A stretch of 64,000 nucleotides of DNA from Octopus sinensis (lineage: Eukaryota), in assembly GCF_006345805.1 (NCBI RefSeq), contig NC_043020.1:15314001-15378000 (forward strand), written 5' to 3'. The stretch's first letter is position 1, and every line of letters starts with the position of its first letter. Positions 35,991-47,333 of the stretch are shown piece after piece. Below the pieces are notes generated by a model, which worked only from the letters and a program-made list of their open reading frames with translations, had not been told where the DNA came from and ran no database searches. A program made the translations under genes and the position numbers.

Positions 35991-36626
35991 CCCAGACCAT
36001 ATGCATTTATACATCCCGCTCTCAGAACCGTCATCATGCTGGTTAAAAGATAAATAGAATAGCAAATGGGTTATTTACCTTTTTGGTGGTCCCGGAGCCT
36101 GGGTGACTCGGTCTCCATAGAATTCTGAATTACCTTTAGGAAACTTTTTAGGAGCCTAATGCTGGCCCTTACGTTCGGACCTTTCATAACATTCGGGAAA
36201 TTATCCCTCAATATTACATATGTCCCAAATCTCGCTTAATTAATTAATTTTTTTTTCGCACTTCGAAAGTGCTGGACTTGTAGACTTCTCTTTCAGTGTT
36301 TTCGTTTTTTTCCCCTCCATTATAGATATCAGATTTTATTTGTGTTCCTTAGCACAAACTTTGGGGTAGGTGTGTTTTGTTGATATGTTTGCATATCAGT
36401 TTGCTGTGTGTGTATTATTTCTGTTTAGATGGTTGTTGTCGTTGCTAGTGGTAGCAGACTTGTCTGTGTTTGATGTGGGTGTGGTTCCCTAACGCTGTTG
36501 TGGTTTTGTGACTCATTCAAAGCGGGTGTATCTTTAAAAAAATTTTGACAAGTCTTTTATTTTTTATGATTTGCTTGGCTGTCACTCCTTGTGAAATGAT
36601 ATTTATCGCAGCTGAGAAATCCAATT

Positions 36627-37041
36627 GGATCTTTTCGGTTTGACCGACAGTTTTTAAAATAATTTCCACGTAGCTAAACACTTTTAAACTTCGTATACTG
36701 GTAGAATATGTTTATAAATCATATTTTTCTCTTGGCTTTATTGAGAAAATTCTATAGTTTGTAAGATATTTGTTGTTTTTTTCTTCAATTTCTGCAATTT
36801 CAACCAATCAATGACGTCTATTGAGGTGAAAACATTCTGTGCCGTATGAATATGTCCCTCGTTTAGGAAACAGATTGGGTTTATTTACATTTCTGAAGAC
36901 AAAAAGATACCCTTCCCTCCACCCCTAACCCTAACCCTAAAACAGATTGAAATGCAATAGATCGATATTAGGGTCACAATTATGGGTGAGAATTTCATAT
37001 GACACCACTAGAAAAAACTGCCGTTCAAACCGAAAAGATCC
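36627..37041 (+). mobile_element. GGATCTTTTCGG-TIR MITE (8-bp TSD; Merlin-like by inference) containing (CCCTAA)n. Other copies: 37502-37834(-), 56340-56734(-), 19246-19555(-, diverged)
   Basis: 29-bp TIR with 2 mismatches; TSD AAGTAGTC at 56332/56735 and ATCCAAtt/ATCCAAaa here. Confidence 0.8.
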
Positions 37042-37062
37042 ATCCAAAAGGGAATGGATGTA

Positions 37063-37465
37063 CGAGGTGGTACCAAAAAGTTTTTGGACTAGTTCTGTAG
37101 CACACCAACAGATGGCAGCACACAGTTGCGTGCGCAGTGAGAGCTACCAGTAACTTTCATGAGGCATTATGTCGAGTGACATTGCTTGGTTTACTTCGCA
37201 AGTTGTGAAGCTTGTGTTTTGTGATCACGTGTATGCTGTAGTTCGTGATTTTGTCGGGGAGAGGAAGTTGGAACAAAGAGCCAACGTGAAAATTCGTGTT
37301 AAACTTGGGAAGTCTCTTACTATAGTGACATCGACATGTTTCGGCAGGCTTACGGCGACGAGGCAATGGGTCGTGTGCAATGTTTCGAGTAGCACGGGTG
37401 CTTCAATAGCGGAAGACGATGGGCAATCTGGAAAACCTACCACGTGTGTCACCCCCAGAAATGCG
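37063..37465 (+). mobile_element. Mariner 5' fragment (TIR plus transposase N-terminal HTH, frameshifted)
   Basis: TA|CGAGGTGGTACCAAAAAGT terminus; ERKLEQRANVKIRVKLGKS...RQAYGDEAMGRVQCFE*HGCF...EDDGQSGKP. Confidence 0.85.
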
Positions 37466-37879
37466 AATTGGAGTCGGCTGTTGTGGTCAGTATCAATTGG
37501 ACATTTCAATCTGTTTTAGGGTTAGGGTTAGGGGTGGAGGGAAGGGTATCTTTTTTTCTTCAGAAATGTAAATAAACCCAAACTGTTTCTTAAACGAGGG
37601 ACATATTCATGCGGCACATAATGTTTTTTTTTACCTCAATAGACGTCACTGATTGGTTGAAATTGCAGAAATTGAAGAAAAAAAAGAACAAATATCTTAC
37701 AAACTATAGAATTTTCTCAATAAAGCCAAGAGAAAAAGATGTTTTATAAACACATTCTACCAGTATACGAAGTTTAAAATTTTTTAGTTACCTAGAAATT
37801 ATGTTAAAAACTGCCGTTCAAACCGAAAAGATCCAAAAAGTTTTCTTTTTTAGTCGCTAAACCTGTGTTATAGTCCGCT

Positions 37880-38960
37880 GAAAAAAAATATTTGTTCCAT
37901 TTTTTTTTTTTTTGTAAGGTGGCGTCAGAAATTGGCGGGCGAATTGGTGGTTTTCTGTCTCTGACAACATGTGAGGCGTCGGAACATGGCAGTAGACAGG
38001 GACAATGGCTCCTGGCTTCAACAGGAAAAATGGCGAAAACGAAACGGCGGGAAACAATCTCGTCATTACAAGTTTACTGGCTCGTTCCTTGCAGTTTTCA
38101 TCGTTTCTCAAAATGGCGTCGTTTGTTTACTTCGTCTACAGAGCGGCGTGGCACCTCGGGGGAAAACGAGCAGGAGACGAATTTGCGGTTCTTCTGTTCT
38201 GATCATTCGTGTGTATAAGTTTGTACCGCTTTTCTGTTTTGAGGTAGAGCGAACACACGAACATAGAAAGACACAAAGCGCAGCATAGAGAAGCGAACGG
38301 CTAGCGGGAATATCTACAACATTCAACAACTGGAAGATAAAGTGTGAAGTCGTCCTCGTGTGAAGCTCATTCTTTTAGGAATTGTAACGATGGCGAAATT
38401 TCGTATTGAAACTCTGGCTGCGAAGTTGATGGCCGGCTTGCTTGAAAAATGTCCTCTCGTTGCTGCATTTAGAAACTAAGTTCGTTCGGGTGAGCCATTT
38501 TAACAACGATAGAAGCTTTCGGCTGCTGAAAGTTCTTTTCGACTGGGATCACCATTTTATAATGGAAGGAAGGTTTTTATAATACTTTTGGGGTACCTTC
38601 TTCTTCCATTATAATTATTCTGTTGATTCAAGGAACTGGAAATGCGAAGAATGAAGTTCTCAGGCGGAGTAAATTCAATAACCGTTTATTCACAGGTGCT
38701 TCGTACAAGGGGTTTGCTTTCGGTCACCATCTACATAGCAGTGAGTAGTTAGCCTTCTCGCCCATACACGTGAGATTCATTAACCTCTGGAGATATTGCA
38801 TGTGGTATCACAGCGGGACAAAAGTCTGCTGTGAGCCCCTGGCTTCGAAATCTTGCTCAGCGTCAGCGTGAGAAGAATGAGAGGGAAAATGTTGTCTTTT
38901 CCTTAAATAATGGTCGCAGGCGAGATCTCGTTGTTTCAGAATGGCGCTCGCTTCTTTGTG
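37880..38960 (+). promoter_or_regulatory. CpG-rich, repeat-free island with YY1-type motifs; candidate promoter or first exon
   Basis: AAAATGGCG at 38027 and 38110, weaker ATGGCG at 38387 and 38938, visibly raised CpG, and a donor-like CGG|GTGAGC at 38490. Confidence 0.5.
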
Positions 38961-40526
38961 CCTCGCTACGTACGTACGTACGTACGTACGTACGTATGTA
39001 TGTATGTATGTATGTATGTATGTATGTATGTATGTATGTAGTATGTATGTATGTATGTATGAAGAAAGCGGAACAGAGGGAAAGAGAGGAACATAAAAAG
39101 GATAGATACTGACTGGTGGAAAGGACGAGGGAAAGAAAGAAGGGAAGAGAGTCAAATTGTTATCCAAAGAGTTATTTTGAGATTCAGGAATGTGCCAAAA
39201 AGTCCTTCCACTATAAGTACCCTCACACGCAATATCGATATGTATATATGTACGTCTGGGTGTGCATGTATGTGTCTGTGTGTGTATACTGTGAACCTAT
39301 GTATGTCTTTGTGTGTGCGCATCTTTCTCACTTTTTCTCTCATCCTGTCACGGTGTGTAGATACATACCCTCATATTGCATACACCATAGACACAATTAT
39401 TCGAATATATTGCAGTGGCTCACATTTTCCTGTCTAGAACTACGAAGTAATGTATCTCCATAAAGAGGGAAATGTCGCAATAAAAGTTTTAATGCCAACG
39501 TGAGTGAAGCTTGACCAATCGACATTAACAGATCTATTGCTGAGGCGGCAAACTGCAAAGGTAGTGTGCAAGTTTCCTCGCTAAACAGTTTGGTCGAAGT
39601 TTCTAGAACTTGTGGGCCAACAGTAATAAAAAGTCAGCCAATTCAAATTTAGGCAGAGCCATCACAGGTTTTTACAGGTCGTATTACTTTTATCCCCATT
39701 TGCTTAACTTAATGGGTCAGCCTTTAGGTGTCGATGTTTCTTGTCTAAGTAAGTTTTCTCTCCCATCCACTTTCATTTTTCGTTTTTAAATACTTATGTC
39801 GTTCACGGTAAAAGATACCCACCTTAATATGTAATGTCGAACAATACATACTAATCATATGCAGTGATTTAAAATCCTTACGCTAGTTCCATAATAATAT
39901 TCAGCAAGTTATATAGAGACGATTCCTGATTCCTAACCGTTAGGTTCATTGAACGTTGTTTCATTAATTTGTTGAGTGCACATTTGTGAATATAATGATA
40001 TTGGTTAATAAATTACTTGAGTAATCATCGCCTACACACGCAGTCTACCTCACAAGAATACATAACTAACCAACACACTATAACAATGAGACGTACATGA
40101 ACAATGAAAAAGAAAAAAAGCAAGAAAGAAAGGAAAACAAAAAGAAAGAAAGAAAAGAGAGGTGGAAGGGGAGTTTTTTTTAATAACCAAAACTATGAAT
40201 ACATCCTTTTGTTTACTCTTATTTGGTGATATGTAAATTCAGAGAGAATTCCTTGTCACGTAAGATTCATTCTACGTCGTTGTGAATGAGTCAAACAACA
40301 AAATGGAAACTACACTCCCGTTGGGTTGAAATGTGAAAATAAAGGCGGTGTTTATCGCGGTCGAAGTGACTACAGTAGAAAGAATGGTAAGGAGATTATA
40401 GAAGTTTGTACCAAAACAGGGTAATATTTGTATATTTTTCAGGCGCAGTCACGACGGAGTGATAAGAAGTTTGCTTCCCAACCACATGTGGATTTGGTGG
40501 ACGGGAATTCAAAGAGGCTTGTCGCA

Positions 40527-40566
<40 letters not shown>

Positions 40567-40582
40567 CCTAACTGTCTGTCTA

Positions 40583-40613
<31 letters not shown>

Positions 40614-40618
40614 GTCTG

Positions 40619-40670
<52 letters not shown>

Positions 40671-40710
40671 CCTAACTGACTGTCTGTCTGTCTGTCTGTC
40701 TATCTGTCTA

Positions 40711-40774
<64 letters not shown>

Positions 40775-40834
40775 CCTAACTGACTGTCTGTCCGTCTGTC
40801 TGTCTATCTGTCTGTCTGTCTGTCTGTCTATCTG

Positions 40835-40868
<34 letters not shown>

Positions 40869-40956
40869 ATCTATCTATCTATCTATCTATCTATCTACTA
40901 ACTGTCTGTCTGTCTGTCTATCTGTCTGTCTATCTATCTATCCATCTGTCTGTCTA

Positions 40957-41032
<76 letters not shown>
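40527..41032. repeat. ~500-bp compound (TCTG)n/(TCTA)n microsatellite inside a family A SINE
   Basis: Directly visible. Confidence 0.95.
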
Positions 41033-41033
<1 letters not shown>

Positions 41034-41375
41034 GTGTGTGTGTATTTTGTGTCTGTATTTGTCCCCAACTACCGCTTAACAACCAGTGTTGTTGTGTTTA
41101 CGTCTCTGTAGTGGGTTTCATCAAAAGAGAAGTACCACTCCTTACAAAAAAATAAGTACTGGGGTCGATTCGTTCGACTAAAATTCTGCAAGGCGGTGTC
41201 CCAGCATGGCCGCAGTCTAATAACTGAAACAAGCAAAAGAGGTACACACACACACACACACACACCACACACGCACTCATACATACATACATACATACAT
41301 ACATACATACATACATACATACATAATACATACATACATACATACATGTGTATGTATATGTGTGTGCGTGTGTTC

Positions 41376-41411
41376 CTTTCTGTGGAAGAGCCTAGGCTCG
41401 AAACGTTAAAG
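41376..41411 (+). ncRNA. Degenerate minimal hammerhead-like motif (core CUGUGGA) in a ~130-180-bp repeat; second copy 42385-42420(+), tail-only copy 47225-47331(-)
   Basis: CTTT-CTGTGGA-A-GAGC-ctag-GCTC-GAAAC-GTT-AAAG. Confidence 0.35.
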
Positions 41412-41502
41412 TCTTCTTCACTACCCGAGCGTTAAACTAATACATCTGTTTGTTGTCTACGCCACCTGTCTTCGTCTTTTGTTTTTTTTTGTGAATTCTC
41501 CC

Positions 41503-41540
<38 letters not shown>

Positions 41541-42546
41541 ATATATAATATATATATATATAAAAAAAAGTTTCGTTCGTCTACATAATTCTTCTGAAAT
41601 GTAAAATTCAAAGCTAATTAACATTTTACAAAACACCCACGATTGTCCTCTGTGTTGTTTTCAAAGGAAAGCTTAGGAAATAAAACTAAAACAAATGTAT
41701 TTAAGAAATAAATTATGGGAATCTCAGAAGATATATGAAACGGATAGGTTTTACGTGGGCACAAACAAGAAAACACAGTGTGTATTGTTGTAGATACGTA
41801 AGACAGATCAGATCTACTGTACTATGCTGATTTTAACAGTCACATTGGCAGTCACATTCATCAACCAATCTTATCGCTATCTTGTGATCTTAACATCAGT
41901 AACATTAATTTTTGCCGTCAAGTTGTGTCAATATATAATATATATATATATATGGCGAGCTGGCAGAAACGTTCAAACGCTGGGCAAAATGCTTACCGGT
42001 ATTTCGCCTGTCTTTACATTCTGAGTTCAAATTCCGCCGAGATTGACTTTGCCTTTCATTCTTTTGGAGTCGATAAATTAAGCACCAGTTGCGTACTGGA
42101 GTCGATCTAATCGACCGGCCTCCTCCCTGCAAATTTCGGGCCTTGTGCCTAGAGTAGAAAAGAATATATATATACACACACGCATACGTCAAGATTACCA
42201 GCCCTCTTTCACACGCACATACGTACTCTCTTACACACACGCGCACTTTCGTTTTGGGATCACTACTACTTTGTTATCTCCCCTACTACTTAGCTCTCCT
42301 GTGTGACCCTTCTGTCCAGCATTCGCCATGATAGACCAGCAGCCATTACACACATTTTTTCTCTTCTTGTTTCTTTCTGTGTTCCTTTCTGTGGAAGAGC
42401 ATAGGTTCGAAACGTTAAATACTTTCTTTCAATTCCCGAGTGTTGTACTAATACATCTGTTTGTTTTCTACACCACCAGTCTTCGTCATTTGTTTTTTGT
42501 CGTGAATTCTTTCTCTCTCTCCTCTTTCTCTCTCTCTCTCTCTCTC

Positions 42547-42617
<71 letters not shown>

Positions 42618-42832
42618 AGAGCTTGCAGAATCGTTAGTACGTCGGGCAAAATGCTTGGTAGCATTTCGTCCGCCTTTACGTTCTGAGTTCATAATTCAGC
42701 CAAGGTCAACTTTGTCTTTCATCTTTTCGGGTCGATAAAATAAGTACCTGTAGAGAACTGGGGTTTATGTAATCGACTTAACCCTTCTCCCGAACTTGCT
42801 AGGCTTGTGTCAAAATTTAAATCCAATATATA

Positions 42833-43369
42833 CCATACTAGCAGTATCGCCCGTCGTTGCTCGGGTTTGTTTCGACCCTTTAGAATTGGATTTGCATTAT
42901 GTAGTTTGTTATTCTCTTTAAAGTGAACATTTTTCTGGTTGAAATACACCGAGAAATGGCGACACAGCAATCAAAAAATCGTAAAGAATAGGAATTTTCA
43001 TAGAAAAAAGCACCTTTTTGATGTAAATAATTTTTGGTGTTAATATGGTCCGATTTGAATTTTTTCGTCTACGAAAGGAAGAGCAAGCCTTCTTCTATCA
43101 TACTCTCAATTTTGGTCAACTTGCGCCGCAGAGTCTCGGAGGAGATAGTGTTAGTTGAAGGTTACAAAACCTGCCACACACAGACAACTTCAGCTTTATA
43201 TACATAGAGATTTCAACGTGTATAAGGAACCCTTTTTTGCCAAAAATTAGGTTTAAAAATATGAGAGCTTCTTATACATGAATAGTATTATAATCCCGTA
43301 CAACACCTTTATTCCAAATTTTAAGCCCCCCCCCAAATTAGGGTGTTCCTTATACACGTTAAAATACGG
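42833..43369 (+). mobile_element. pogo/Tc1-type MITE whose left TIR is split by the Helitron at 42838; inverted partial copy at 43782-43905
   Basis: Removing the Helitron restores TA-CCATATTTCAACGTGTATAAGGAAC, which matches the right TIR GTTCCTTATACACGTTAAAATACGG-TA. Confidence 0.75.
42838..43210 (-). mobile_element. Non-autonomous Helitron, family H2
   Basis: A|TCTCTATG start; CCCGAGCAACGACGGG hairpin; CTAG|T end. Confidence 0.85.
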
Positions 43370-44868
43370 TAAATATACAAATATCATACTTTTACCTCAT
43401 ACCAGTTTGCTCGTCTGTACCTTTATTCTCTTATACTTGTTATGACACTTTCTGTATTCTAGTAGGTACGTAAGAAAGGTCAGTTTTATTACGCAACGGT
43501 GATGTAACTAACCACGACACACAGCTTGAGTTGTGGTGGATAGGTGAGAATGACCAATTTCACGTAACAAAGGTGATGTCAGTAGACATAAAATACAATG
43601 TCAGCATTGTAATGGAAACGTGACACAGGTCAATTTTACTTTACAGTAGTTATGTCATCCGCCATGTCATACTGTATTATAAATGGATATTAAGTGAGTC
43701 AGATCAGTTTTCTTCTTCAACGAAGAACCATCTATGACACGAAGTCTCTTCTGTGATGGATATGTGAGACAGATCAATTTTACTGTATAAAGAACCCCCT
43801 AATTTGGGGGGCTTAAAATTTGGAATAAAGGCTTTGTACGGGATTACAATAGTATTCATGTATAAGAAACTTTCATATTTTTAAACCTAATTTTTGACAC
43901 AAACCTAGCAAATTCGGGAGAAGGGTAAGTCGATTACATCAACCCTAGTTCTTGACTGGTACTTATTTTATCGATCCCGAAAGGATGAAAGACAAAGATT
44001 GACCTTGGTTGAATTATGAACTCAGAACGTAAAGACGGGCGAAATGCTCGCCGCTTTTTATTTGCATATGTGTTTTTATATTGATTTCGAATTTTGGCAG
44101 GGATAAGTTGATGGCTTCAAATTTTGGCTCAAGACCAACAGTTTCGGAGGTGGGAGTAAGTTGATTAATCGACCCCGGTGCTCAACTGGTACGTATTTTA
44201 TTGACCCTGAAAGGATGAAAGGCAAAGTCGACCTCAGCAGAATTTGAACTCAGAACGTAAAGACGGACGAAATCCCACTAAGCATTTTCCTGGTGTGGTA
44301 TCGATTCTGCCAGCTTGCCGCCTTCTGTACAATTGTACTGTTAACATCCTGTATTGTACTGGATATGAAAAAGAGATCATTTTTGCTGTTGATGACACTC
44401 TCTGTTTTGAGGTGGATAAATGAGAGAGATGCGACCAGCAATGACACACTTTATTTTCGTGAATATTTGAGACATAACAAAGCTGATGTTACCAGTCACA
44501 ACATACAGCCTGTATAGCGTTGAATATGTGTGTGAGTCAAAATAGTTTTATTCCACATAGATGGATGCAATCAACCATGACACATTGCGTATATTGCCGT
44601 GGTTATGTGAGAAAAGATAATCTTTACTCTTCAGTGATGTTGTTATCAGCTAAGACAAATATCGAAAATAGTAGGAAATATAACGATATATCAATTGTGG
44701 CTGTGTGGTAAGTAGCTTGCTTACCAACCACATGGTTCCGGATTCAGTCCCACTGCGTGGCACATTGGGCAAGTGTTTTCTACTATAGCCTCGGGCCGAC
44801 CAAAGCCTTGTGAGTGGATTTGGTAGACGGAAACTAAAAGAAGCCCGTCGTATATATGTATATATATA

Positions 44869-45254
44869 CTAGCAGTATCGCCCGGCGTTGCTCAGGTTTG
44901 TAAGGGAAATAACTATAAAGCATTTTTAGAGAGTTATAGCCAAAAAATAGCAAAAAAATGGAAAAAAATGATGGTAAATTTTTTTTTGAGAGTTAAAAAA
45001 GGATGGAGTTGCGTCCCCTAGACAGTTTGTGGTTCGTGTTTCTGATTCTCGACCCCATGTCGAATTTATCGATTTTTTTCAGAACTGGGGAAACTTTTCA
45101 AAATTTTGGCTGCGTTAGTTTTGAATTATGACATTGGGCTATGTGTGTGTCAAGTTTCATCAGAATCGGTTGAAAGCCGTGGTCAGGGTGAGGGTACAAC
45201 CTGACAGACACACAGAAACACACACAGACAAACTGCCGTTTATATATAGAGAGA
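44869..45254 (-). mobile_element. Non-autonomous Helitron (H2-like 3' end) nested in a family A SINE
   Basis: A|TC...CTAG|T ends; sits inside the (TA)n tract of SINE 44693-45480. Confidence 0.85.
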
Positions 45255-45984
45255 TATATGTATGTGTGTGTGTGTATGTTTGTGTGTTTGTGTTTGTCCC
45301 CCAACATCGCTTGACAACCGATGCTGGTGTGTTTACGTCCCTATAACTTAGCGGTTCGGCAAAAGAAACCGAGAAAATAAGTACTAGGCTTACAAAGAAT
45401 AAGTCCCGGGGTCGATTTGTTCGACTAAAGGCGGTGCTCCAGCATGGCCACAGTCAAATGACTGAAACAAGTAAAAGAGTAATGGTTGTGTTTCCAATTA
45501 TGACACATTGTTAGTATCGTGGTAGATACGTGAAACAGATCAGTTTTTTCTGTACAGTGACCATGTAGCCAGCCATATCACTCTCCGTGCATTGTCATGG
45601 ATATGTGAGATAGACCACTTTTTTCTGTACAATGGTATTGTTATCAGCCATAAACCTTCTGTATTGTCTTGTACACGTAAACAAAGTCATTTGAACTGTA
45701 CAATGTTGATGTTAAAAACCAAGACGGTACGACGCTTGCTCCCTAAAACTACATGGTTCCGGGTTCAGCCCCACTGCCATGGGGCCTTTTTTTTTTATAT
45801 GTAAAGCAGATGGGTTTTATTGTAGCATGAAATACAGCATGTAGCTTGGTCGATGTGTGAGAACGGTCAGTTTTTAGTAAGAATAATGATGTTGCTAGCC
45901 ATGACACAATAGCCTGTATTGCAGTGGATACCTGAAACGGATAAATTTCACTGTTCAGATGTGATGGTATCAGTTATGACTCTC

Positions 45985-46082
45985 TCAATGCAATCTCCAG
46001 GGATAAAGGCATCAAGCAACAGGACCTCCGTAATGCTATGATGGACCGTGAAGTCTGGCGTAGCATGGTAAATTCCATTGTC
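45985..46082 (+). mobile_element. RTE LINE 3' tip with (GAT)n tail
   Basis: Encodes ISRDKGIKQQDLRNAMMDREVWRSMVNS followed by GATGATGAT. Confidence 0.7.
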
Positions 46083-47193
46083 GAACAATGATGATGATGA
46101 TGACTCTCTCTGTATTGTGGTGTATGCGGGAAAAAGGTCAGGTTTATTGTACAAGACAAGTGACACTGCACGTATTTTAGTGAATATTACAGACTTTAAT
46201 TTTACTGCAGTGAAGGCGCATGGTTCAGTGGTTAGAGCGTCAAGCTTACGATCGTGAGATTGTGAGCTCGAATCTTGGACCGGGCTGCGTGTTGTGTTCT
46301 TGAGCAAGACACTTTATTTCACGCTGCTCCAGTTCAGTCAGCTGTAGAAATGAGTTGCAATGTCACAGGTGCCAAGCAGTATCGGCCCTTGCCTTTCCCT
46401 TGGATAACACTGGTGGCGTGGAGAGGGGAGGCCAGTATGCATGGGCGACTGCTTGTCTTCCATAAACAACCTTGCCTGGACTTGTGCCTTGGAGGGTAAC
46501 TTTCTAGGTGCAATCCCACGGTCAGTGTCGTGACCGAAGGGGGTCTCAATTTTACTGTACAACGGCGACGTTACTAGTTATGACACGTTGAAGGCGGCGA
46601 GTGGCAGAATCGTTAGCACGCTGGGTTAAATGCTTAGCGGCATTTCGCTCGTCTTTACGTCCTGAGTTCAAATTCCGCTGAGGTCGACCTTACCTTTCAT
46701 CCTTTCGGTGTCGATAAAATAAATGCCAGTATAGTACTGAGGTCGATGTAATCGACTTACTTCTCCCCCTGAATTGCTGGCCTTGTGCTAAAATTTGAAA
46801 CCAGCTGACACGCAGTCTGTATTGTGGTGGATACGTGAGAATTTCAGTTTGATGTTATCAGCCATGACAAAATTCGTCAGTCGTAGGGGATATACCAACA
46901 GACAATAGTGGTATTTCCAGCCGTGACATATTGTCAGTATTGTAGGGGATACGAGAGACTGATCAGTTTTACTGTTCAATTGTGATGTTACCAGCCCTGA
47001 TAAATCAGCACTTTGGTTTTATTGCGCAATGTTACCCAACGGCTATCCCGCACAGCTTGTATTTTTATGGATGAGATACGGATCAAACATTAAGGCAATA
47101 TAACCATTTGTTTAGATTGCCAAGGAACTTAGAGCAATGCAGATATTTTCGTGGTGCAGATACATACGTACATACATTATATGTGTGGGTGTG

Positions 47194-47240
<47 letters not shown>

Positions 47241-47333
47241 AGAATTCACAAAGAAAAAAACAAAAGACGAAGACAGGTGGTGCAGACAACAAACAAATGC
47301 ATTAGTTTAACGCTCGGGAAGTGAAGAAGTCAA

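Larger units (their letters stand above)
41750..47050. repeat. Decayed ~75-bp tandem satellite forming the matrix between insertions
   Basis: Recurring unit TGTATTGTAGTGGATACGTGAGACAGATCAGTTTTACTGTACAATGGTGATGTTACCAGCCATGACAC at ~41780, 43460-43790, 44330-44690, 45490-45960, 46110-46210 and 46800-47000. Confidence 0.7.
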
